This document shows positions 22,315 to 29,124 of a DNA stretch of 64,000 nt, piece after piece. Position numbers and translations under genes: made by a program. The stretch is from an uncultured beta proteobacterium (GTDB lineage Bacteria > Pseudomonadota > Gammaproteobacteria > Burkholderiales > SG8-39): NCBI GenBank assembly GCA_963820965.1, contig CAWGCC010000017.1, positions 30,242 to 94,241 on the forward strand, written 5' to 3'. Every line of letters starts with the position of its first letter. Within the stretch, counting starts at the first letter, position 1. The notes beneath the pieces are model-generated. The model searched no databases. It worked only from the letters and a program-made list of their open reading frames with translations, and had not been told where the DNA came from.

Positions 22315-23235
22315 TCAGGCGGTCGCGGCGATCGGCCGCAGCCCCTGCGCGACGTTGACGTCCTCGGTGATGGGAACGATGCTCACGAAGCTGCCCGGGA
22401 TGGCGCGCATGAGCTCGTCGCGCATGTCGTCGATCACGGACTGCACGTCGGCCATCCGCCGGTCCGGGTCGAACTCGAGGAAGACCTCGATGAACATCGC
22501 GCTACCCGCGCGGCGCGAGCGCACGCCGTGGAATTCGCGGTAGTCCTCGAAGTGCGTCGCGAGGCAGCGGAGCACCTGCAGCTGCACCCCCTCGTCGAGC
22601 GCGACATCGAGCAGGTCACGGACCGATTCGGAGAGGATGCCGTACGCCGAGTGCACCATCACGCCCGCGATGACGAGCGACGAGGCGGGATCGAGGTAGG
22701 GGACCCAGGGACCGCGCAGGCTCGCCCCGAGCGCGAGCACGATCCCGATGAGGACGTCGGCGAACGTCTTGATGCCGTAGAGGCGCGCCGTGGCTTCCAC
22801 GACAGGCGAGCGCTCCCGGGCGGCGAGCCTCCGGTGCTTCCACCACAGCCTGCCGTCGATCACCACCGCGACGAGGTTCAGCACGAACGCGGGGGCGATG
22901 CTCGCCCATTCGAGCACCTGCGGGGCGCGGAACGCCCCCCAGGCGTCCACCGTGACCCAGGCGGCGGCCACGAGGAAGATCGTGGCGATCAGGACGGTCG
23001 ACATGCTCTCGAGCTTGCCGAGCCCGTACTCGTACCGCTGCGGGTCGCTGCTCGCCCGGTCGACCTTGCGGATCGTGAGCCAGGCGAAGAAGACCGCGAG
23101 TGTCTCGATCCCGCAGCGCAGCAGATCGGCCCACACGGCGAGGGAGCCGGCCAGCACGGCCGCGATGGTGTCCGGGACGAGAAAGCCCACCTCGACCAGC
23201 AAGGTGGTGAAGATCAGCCGCTGCTTGTACTGCAT
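22315..23235 (-). CDS. cation diffusion facilitator (CDF) family transporter
   Basis: 306 aa. Six TM segments plus a cytoplasmic C-terminal domain (FHGVRSRRAGSAMFIEVFLEFD...). The layout is FieF-like. Confidence 0.8.
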   Translation of the reverse strand: MQYKQRLIFTTLLVEVGFLVPDTIAAVLAGSLAVWADLLRCGIETLAVFFAWLTIRKVDRASSDPQRYEYGLGKLESMSTVLIATIFLVAAAWVTVDAWGAFRAPQVLEWASIAPAFVLNLVAVVIDGRLWWKHRRLAARERSPVVEATARLYGIKTFADVLIGIVLALGASLRGPWVPYLDPASSLVIAGVMVHSAYGILSESVRDLLDVALDEGVQLQVLRCLATHFEDYREFHGVRSRRAGSAMFIEVFLEFDPDRRMADVQSVIDDMRDELMRAIPGSFVSIVPITEDVNVAQGLRPIAATA

Positions 23236-23250
23236 CGGCGTCCGCTGCGG

Positions 23251-24231
23251 TCAGCGCGCCGGCAGCCCTGTGAGCGCGTCCTGCAGCGTCGGGCGGATCG
23301 ACAGGATGCGCGTGAAGCCGGCGAGATCGAAGACCTTCCACACCGACTCGTTGAGTGAGCAGAGCACGAGGGTGCCGTCCAGGTTCTTGAGCTTTTTGGC
23401 GGCGACGAGGACGGCGCGCAGACCGGCGCTCGAGATGTAGGCCAGCTGCGAGCAGTCGAGCACGATGCAGCGCTCGGCCGTCGCGATGCGGGAGAGGAGC
23501 TCCTGCTCGAGTTGCGATGACGTCGTCGAATCGAGGCGTCCCCGGACGCCGACAACGAGCGCGGGATCGCGGCGCGTCACTGTGATCTCCATGGTCACCC
23601 TCGACGTGAACAGCGTCGCCACGCGCACGACCTCGACGGGAGCGGCGGGCTGCGGCGCGGGCGCGGCCGCGGCGGGGTCCGCGCGCAGGCGCAGGAGCGA
23701 GACGCCTTCGGCGCGGTAGTGCTCGGCGCGCCCGCCCCAGCCGCGCGCGAGCAGGTGCTCGGCCATGGCGGCGTCCATGGCCACCTCCCCGCCGAGGCTC
23801 TTGTCGGCCAGGGCGATCGCGCGTTCCACGCTCTGCCCGTAGGCCGCGGGCGACTTGCCGCTCGCGTCCACGAGCACGCGCCCCGCGTGCACCGCGGCGC
23901 GCAGCTCGATCCCGGGTGCGCCGGCGCGCTCGCGCCAGGCCGGCAGGGACTCCTGGATGGCGGCGGCGGCGCGCATGGCCCGCTCCGAATCCGGGAAGAG
24001 CATCAGATAGCCGTCGCACATGCGGCGCACGACCGCGCCGTCGAAGCTGCGGGCGGCGGACTCGGCCAGGTCCAGCGCGGCCGCGGTCCAGGCGTGCGCC
24101 TTGCGGTTCCCGACCGACTGATGCAGCAGGGTGGAGTCGCGCACGTCCACGGCCAGCAGGCCGACGCCGCGTCGCTCATACACGCCCGCCGCGGGCGTGA
24201 GGTCCAGCGGAGGGGCCGCGAGCGCGGGCAA
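23251..24231 (-). CDS. class III cyclase-homology-like domain fused to a STAS (anti-sigma antagonist) domain
   Basis: This is a single open frame. The N-terminal half reads VGLLAVDVRDST...CDGYLMLF...LRAAVHAGRV...YGQSVERAIALAD. The C-terminal 113 aa (from ATG 23592) read MEITVTRRDPALVVGVRGRLDS...LDCSQLAYISSAGLRAVL, a typical SpoIIAA/RsbV STAS domain with the phosphorylatable Ser. The listed start is a TTG. Confidence 0.65.
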   Translation of the reverse strand: MPALAAPPLDLTPAAGVYERRGVGLLAVDVRDSTLLHQSVGNRKAHAWTAAALDLAESAARSFDGAVVRRMCDGYLMLFPDSERAMRAAAAIQESLPAWRERAGAPGIELRAAVHAGRVLVDASGKSPAAYGQSVERAIALADKSLGGEVAMDAAMAEHLLARGWGGRAEHYRAEGVSLLRLRADPAAAAPAPQPAAPVEVVRVATLFTSRVTMEITVTRRDPALVVGVRGRLDSTTSSQLEQELLSRIATAERCIVLDCSQLAYISSAGLRAVLVAAKKLKNLDGTLVLCSLNESVWKVFDLAGFTRILSIRPTLQDALTGLPAR

Positions 24232-24512
24232 GGGGGCGGCGGTCGGCGCCGCGGGCGCGAGGGCGGGGGCCGAGCGCGGAGGCGGACATCGCGGGCGTGG
24301 CCAGCGCCGTCCCGCCGAACGTCGGGCGCGGCGCCGGCCGGGCGCGGCCGAGAGGTCCGGCCCAGGCCGGCAGGGCGGCGAGCAGCAGGGGGAAAAGCAG
24401 CTCCCATTCCAACAAGATAGCCGCCCGAGGCGGGGCGCTTCAGGGGCAGAAGGCCCATCCCCTCGATGGCAGAAGACCTATCCTATATGGAATAGATACA
24501 ATCGACCACGGC

Positions 24513-25997
24513 ATGGACATCTCCCGGCGTTCCTTCATCCGTTGGGTGCTCGGCGCCGGCGCCGCCACGGCCTGCCCCTTCCCTCTGAGGGCAGAAGACA
24601 AGAAGCCCGCGCCCTCCCGCCTGGGCTCGGAGTCCTTCACCGTCTGCCATTCCGTGCGCGACGGCGACTCCCTGCCCGTGCCCCCGCCCGACCGAAAGGT
24701 CGGCGTGCTCATCGTGGGCGGCGGCCCCGGCGGCCTGGCCGCGGCCGACGAGCTCAAGGGCGCGGACTGGCTGCTGCTCGAGAAGGAGCCGCACGTGGGC
24801 GGCAACTGCCGCCCCGAGGAGTGGGAGGGGCTCAAGTACTCGACCGCCGCGGCCTGGGATTCCATCGCCGACCCGGACTTCGCCCGGCTCGCCAAGCGCT
24901 GGAACTTCGACTGGAAGAAGATCGAGGGCGAGGACACCGTCATCTACGACGGCGTCGCGGTGCGCAACTTCTGGACCGGCCGCGCCGACAACCCCGCGCT
25001 CGACAAGCTCCCGTTCTCCAAGTCCGTCCGCGACGGCTTCCGGCAGTTCGCCAAGGACATCGAGCGCATCGACCTGGCGGCCAATCTCGAGAGCCTCGAC
25101 AACCAGACATTCGCCTCGGCGCTGGAGGGCTATCCGACCCAGCTCAAGGCCTTCTTCGATGCCTTCGGTCCCTCCAACTACGGCAGCGTCACCGAGGACA
25201 CGTCGGCCTACGTGGGCCTGGGCGTCGCGCGGGACTGGTTCCAGACCGAGCGCTACACCTGGGAGGGGGGCATCGGCCCCGCCACGCAGAAGGTGCTCGA
25301 CTCCATCGGCAAGACCGACCGCATCCTCACCGGCTGCACCGTCTACAAGGTCCGTCGCAAGGGCAAGACCGTCCACGTCTCCTTCTTCCAGGACGGCAAG
25401 CCGCGCACCGTGGAAGCCAAGGCCGTGGTCATGGCCTCGCCCAAGTTCATCACGCGGCACCTCGTCGAGGACCTGCCCGAGGACCAGCACGAGGCCATGG
25501 GACGCATGCGCTACGCGCCTTTCATGGTCTACAACCTCTGCTTCGACCGCGCGGTCTACGACGCCGGCTATGACACCTACCCCATCGGCGCCAAGAACTT
25601 CGCCGACATCATCCCCGCCGACTGGGTGACCTACGCGGGCAAGGGCGACCCGGCGCGCAAGCAGGTGCTCACGGTCTACGCTCCGCGGCCGGAATCCGAG
25701 CGCCCGAACATCCTCGACGACGCCAAGTGCATCGCCATGGCCCAGGCCGCGGCAGAGGAGGTCACGGGCCTTATCCCCGGCTCATTGGAGCACCTGCGCG
25801 AGGTGCGCATCGCCCGCCGCGGGCACCCCATGCCCATGTCCATCACGGGCAACGTCACCAAGCTCCAGCCTCTGGCCCGCCGCGACCTCTCGCCCGTCTA
25901 CTTCGGCCACAGCGACGCCCAGGGCGAGATCTCCGACTTCTTCTACGCCGCCCTCGCCGGCATCGCCGCCGCCCAAAAGGCCGCCAAGCACCTGTAG
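24513..25997 (+). CDS. Tat-signal FAD/NAD(P)-binding oxidoreductase (amine-oxidase-like)
   Basis: Start moved to MDISRRSFIRWVLGAGAATA (twin-arginine signal, ATG 24513). Rossmann motif VGVLIVGGGPGGLAAADEL. Confidence 0.75.
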   Translation: MDISRRSFIRWVLGAGAATACPFPLRAEDKKPAPSRLGSESFTVCHSVRDGDSLPVPPPDRKVGVLIVGGGPGGLAAADELKGADWLLLEKEPHVGGNCRPEEWEGLKYSTAAAWDSIADPDFARLAKRWNFDWKKIEGEDTVIYDGVAVRNFWTGRADNPALDKLPFSKSVRDGFRQFAKDIERIDLAANLESLDNQTFASALEGYPTQLKAFFDAFGPSNYGSVTEDTSAYVGLGVARDWFQTERYTWEGGIGPATQKVLDSIGKTDRILTGCTVYKVRRKGKTVHVSFFQDGKPRTVEAKAVVMASPKFITRHLVEDLPEDQHEAMGRMRYAPFMVYNLCFDRAVYDAGYDTYPIGAKNFADIIPADWVTYAGKGDPARKQVLTVYAPRPESERPNILDDAKCIAMAQAAAEEVTGLIPGSLEHLREVRIARRGHPMPMSITGNVTKLQPLARRDLSPVYFGHSDAQGEISDFFYAALAGIAAAQKAAKHL

Positions 25998-26146
25998 GCT
26001 AGGTGCCTGTCCCCTTTCCTACGCGCTAGCCGCGCTGAGCGGGCGTGAGGCCCCGGGCCGCCGCCAGGGCGCTGAGCATGACGGAGTCGGGGGGCACCCG
26101 GGTCACCGCGACGTCGGCCTCGACGCAGAAAATCGAGCAAGCAGAC

Positions 26147-26242
26147 GTTGAACGTCCCGCGTAACCGGCCACCGAGGAGCGAAGCGACGAGGGCACCCTC
26201 AAGCGCAGCTTGCCGGTGGTCCGGATGACGCGGAGGTTAGCC
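26147..26242 (-). repeat. attC-like site (96 bp) after the cassette ORF 26237..26815
   Basis: The minus strand reads GGCTAAC-CT-CCGCGTCATCCGG-ACCACCGG...CCTCGGTGG-CCGGTTACGCGG-GAC-GTTCAAC. The stop codon TAA lies inside the first heptamer. The left inner box has one more base than the right. Confidence 0.55.
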
Positions 26243-26815
26243 ACCATCCAAGTTGAGCGCAATGTAAGGACAGAACCCCTCCCAGGGGCTGTAGGACAGA
26301 AGCAAGAAAGCCCGATCGATGAGCGTAGTGGGAGGGAAAACGGCTCCTCGGACGAATTGGATAAGCCCATAGTCAAGCACACGAGGCTCGTCGCAGTAGA
26401 TGATGAGCACGTACTCGTCGTATGGCCCGCCTTTCACGTCAACTGGGTTGTCCTTCTTCTTGATGCGTTCAACCAAAAGGCCAAAGAGATGGCCTTCGGC
26501 AAACGGCTCCCATGGGATGTGTGCGCCTGATTTTGCTGCGGCAATCGAGTCTCCGTCCACGAGCTCGGTTACTTCGATGCCGACGCGACTTCCTCCGGGG
26601 GCTTGAGCTTCGCAGTCCGGCGGATCATTTCCTCGGCCCCGAGCTTGGTAAGAATGGAAGAAAGCGTCACCAGAGTGCGTCAGGGATTCATGGAAGGTTT
26701 GGACCACACCAAGCTCTTCGACGTCTCGGTCCGTCTGCCAACTGTAGTAGCCGGCGTGCGGCCGAGCGTTGGCCTTGACCGCGTCGATGAACTCATTCCA
26801 CTCTTCCGGCTCCAT
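26237..26815 (-). CDS. hypothetical protein (cassette ORF; possible nuclease-fold motif)
   Basis: Lower-GC ORF. The ATG at 26815 (MEPEEWNEFIDAV...) is preferred over the listed TTG at 26824. I recognise no family. The motif is GNDPPDCEAQAPGGSRVGIEVTELVD. Confidence 0.6.
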   Translation of the reverse strand: MEPEEWNEFIDAVKANARPHAGYYSWQTDRDVEELGVVQTFHESLTHSGDAFFHSYQARGRGNDPPDCEAQAPGGSRVGIEVTELVDGDSIAAAKSGAHIPWEPFAEGHLFGLLVERIKKKDNPVDVKGGPYDEYVLIIYCDEPRVLDYGLIQFVRGAVFPPTTLIDRAFLLLSYSPWEGFCPYIALNLDGG

Positions 26816-26828
26816 GGTGACCAATGGT

Positions 26829-26941
26829 GACTAAAGCTCGCGTTGAGCCAAGCGAAGCGAGGAGGGAACCGCAAGCGGTACGCTTACGGCCGTCCGCTCG
26901 AATGATGGGATGGACTCCCCCCGGCCTTTTCGGGGTTAGCC
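26829..26941 (-). repeat. degenerate attC-like site (113 bp) after the cassette ORF 26936..27796
   Basis: The minus strand reads GGCTAAC...GAGCGGACGG-CCGTAAGCG-TACC-GCTTGCGG-TTCCCTCCTCGCTTCGCT...GCTCAACGCGAGC-TTTAGTC. The 3' half is homologous to the other two sites. The 5' inner box is not recognisable. Confidence 0.4.
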
Positions 26942-27796
26942 TTCATGCTGCCCGCTGAAGGTGAAGCGCGAAGAGGGTTCAAGCTGAAGTAGCGCGCGCA
27001 GATACTGTTCATCTTCCGGCCGCCGAGAGAGCACATAAGCATCGGTTTCCCAATCACCTAGTATCGCAAAGTGCACTTTATCAGGGTCCAACGCTGCGAA
27101 CGCGTTTGCAAGCTCCTCGTGGTCCTGCTGAATGTCGGTCACGATCCACGCACCTTGAAGCGTTACATCCGGATCGCCTGAAACGAACTTGTCTTCAACG
27201 CTGAGAAACAGAATTTCGGGGTCGTGCTCTGGTTCTGGTGCCACGTTGGTGTCGTTCGTAATCTGTTGCGCATGCTGGATGAAGTCACTCATTCGCCTCT
27301 TCACGTCGAGCAGCACGGTGCGACCACCATGGGGCCCGATGCGCCAGTCAACGCGGTGATTTCCAGCGCCCAGTCCAGCAACCTCAAACTCGGCGGGGAT
27401 CTCGGCGCTCAGCTTTGACCCTGGAATCATTTCGACAAGCGTGACCTGATGCCGGTCGGGGTCGGCAAGGCGGGCGAGGTACTCTGTCCGCTTGTCGCCG
27501 AAAAGACGATGCTTGACGCAGCACAAAGCGGATACCAAGCATCCAACCGGAACCCACAAGTGCGTGCCCCACACAAAATCGCCGCCGACCTGATAAGGGA
27601 AGCCAAACTCGTAGCGCCACAAGCCGGTCATGTTGTCGAGGAAGCATTCGACGCCTTGCAAATTGGCTGGAGCGAGACCCAGAAGCTCGTTGGCGACGTC
27701 GAGCGCAACGCCACGCGACACAGCTTCCTCCACAAAACGGTGTGTCAGCGTGGCCTTAGCCCCGATGACCTGGGGGAACAGCTGGTCTATCAACAT
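26936..27796 (-). CDS. hypothetical protein (cassette ORF; PD-(D/E)xK-like motif)
   Basis: Start set to the ATG at 27796 (MLIDQLFPQ...), because the listed 27853 start lies inside the attC-like site. The motif string is TLVEMIPGSK...HRVDWRIGPHGGRTVLLDVKRR. Confidence 0.6.
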   Translation of the reverse strand: MLIDQLFPQVIGAKATLTHRFVEEAVSRGVALDVANELLGLAPANLQGVECFLDNMTGLWRYEFGFPYQVGGDFVWGTHLWVPVGCLVSALCCVKHRLFGDKRTEYLARLADPDRHQVTLVEMIPGSKLSAEIPAEFEVAGLGAGNHRVDWRIGPHGGRTVLLDVKRRMSDFIQHAQQITNDTNVAPEPEHDPEILFLSVEDKFVSGDPDVTLQGAWIVTDIQQDHEELANAFAALDPDKVHFAILGDWETDAYVLSRRPEDEQYLRALLQLEPSSRFTFSGQHEG

Positions 27797-27799
27797 GAA

Positions 27800-27895
27800 G
27801 GCTAAACGCCGCGCGTAACCGGCGGCCGACGCGCGTAGGCGGAGGATACCCAACAGCGAAGCTGTTGGGCCGTCCGGTTGACGCGCAGGTTAGGC
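27800..27895 (-). repeat. attC-like site (96 bp) after the cassette ORF 27890..28522
   Basis: The minus strand reads GCCTAAC-CT-GCGCGTCAACCGG-ACGG-CCCAACAGC-TTCG-GCTGTTGGG-TATCCTCCG...CCGGTTACGCGC-GGC-GTTTAGCC. Three nucleotides later comes the ATG of the next ORF. GCCTAAC fits RYYYAAC and contains the TAA stop. Confidence 0.6.
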
Positions 27896-28522
27896 ATCGG
27901 CCTTGTATGGAGGAGGAAGATGAGGAGCAAGTTCTGGCTTTAACCTCCCGCACTCTTCGAAGAACTTCACCATGTCGGCAACTGATTCCCTCGCGACCTC
28001 GGGAATCCTGTCCCCTCCGCGGTCCGCTCCGGGCACGTAGCCAGAAACCTCAACCACCCTAGGGTGCACTAGGCGATTCCGGCGTTTTGCGATTCTCTCC
28101 AGGGTGACGACTACCGGATCAGTGTCCGTGAGCTTCAGGTTGTCGCACAGCGCAAAGAGCTTCTTGAGTTTGGCTACAGGCCCAAGACGCTTACTTTCAA
28201 ACTCCGACTCGAATACAGTTTGCCCAAGTCGCAGGACTCCATAGAAGTTTAGGAATGCCTCGACGGACATTGCCGTGAATACCTTGACTGAATCCGAAAG
28301 TAGGTCACGCCTTCGGGTCAAGTTCCAATGGGCCGTTGTAGTCTCTTGCCGCTTGACCGTTTCGGTGAGTGGCTTGGGCCACTGCTTATTCACCTCTACG
28401 ACTACTGCTTCGAGTTCGCCGAGCAATACATGAGCGTTTTCGAAGTACCGCCTGTCATCGAGCAACCAGCCGCCGATGAAGTCGGGAGGCCGAACCGAGA
28501 GTGTCTTGGGCGGTGGAGCCAC
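27890..28522 (-). CDS. hypothetical protein with a HEPN-like Rx4H motif (cassette ORF)
   Basis: 210 aa with a GTG start. It looks helical (VKVFTAMSVEAFLNFYGVLRL) and carries ...LERIAKRRNRLVHPR.... A GTTAGGC core-site heptamer lies 16 nt upstream (28545-28539). Confidence 0.6.
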   Translation of the reverse strand: MAPPPKTLSVRPPDFIGGWLLDDRRYFENAHVLLGELEAVVVEVNKQWPKPLTETVKRQETTTAHWNLTRRRDLLSDSVKVFTAMSVEAFLNFYGVLRLGQTVFESEFESKRLGPVAKLKKLFALCDNLKLTDTDPVVVTLERIAKRRNRLVHPRVVEVSGYVPGADRGGDRIPEVARESVADMVKFFEECGRLKPELAPHLPPPYKADA

Positions 28523-28791
28523 GGGGCGTTTTCCCGATGCCTAACGTGTTTTATCAGAACACATCTTCAATTTAACCGGATTTGGGTTTCGAGTTAACTG
28601 GAGACTGCGGACTCCGCGTAAGCCAGTTTCTCGCCGGGATTGACAGCCGGATACTGTACTGAGGCCGCTCGACGATCCGGTGCCTCCGCGTCAACACCGG
28701 CAATCGCGCCAGCAACGAACGTCCGCTTCGGAGCAACTTGGGAAACGGGGCAATGCGGCTTGTTATGGCCGGGCAGCGAAGTACGCCAAGG

Positions 28792-29124
28792 TTAGCTTTT
28801 CCAAAGCACGATGCGCAGCATTGGGTCCGCAAGCCGACGTTGGGTGACGGGTCGGTAGCTGCCTTTCAGTTTTCCGCTACCTTTAATCGCTAGTTCGGCG
28901 CGTGTGGGCAGTCGGGCAGTCGCTGCGGGGGCCGCAGCCGTCTCCACGCAACTTCTGCGCTGCCGATCTACCCGCTGCGCCATCGCGGCAGGCGACTCCC
29001 ATGGCGAGAGGTCGTTGACGCTCCATTTTTCGACGGCGATCTCAGCACCCACTACCTGAGCCTTCAGGGCGCGCGCTACTTCGTGGCGAAGCTGGTTGCG
29101 CCGCCGGATGCGTTCTGCAAGCCG
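28792..29124 (-). pseudogene. ORF remnant with a second HEPN-like motif (RRRNQLRH), lacking a start
   Basis: My translation upstream of the listed ORF 28792..29052 gives (TAG)RLAERIRRRNQLRHEVARALKAQVVGAEIAVEKW.... There is no ATG, and the frame is closed by TAG at 29127-29125. It ends ...AGCTAAC. Confidence 0.3.

Noticed and set aside
26026-26382. Listed 118-aa ORF (minus strand) that spans the end of the first cassette and its attC-like site.
   Set aside because: It overlaps the better-supported ORF 26237..26815 out of frame and runs through the palindromic repeat. It has no recognisable features.
28572-28832. Listed 86-aa ORF (minus strand) in the gap upstream of the HEPN-like cassette.
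   Set aside because: The translation is Cys/Arg/Ser-rich with no motif. It overlaps attC-like fragments and the end of the remnant ORF, so it is likely a chance ORF.
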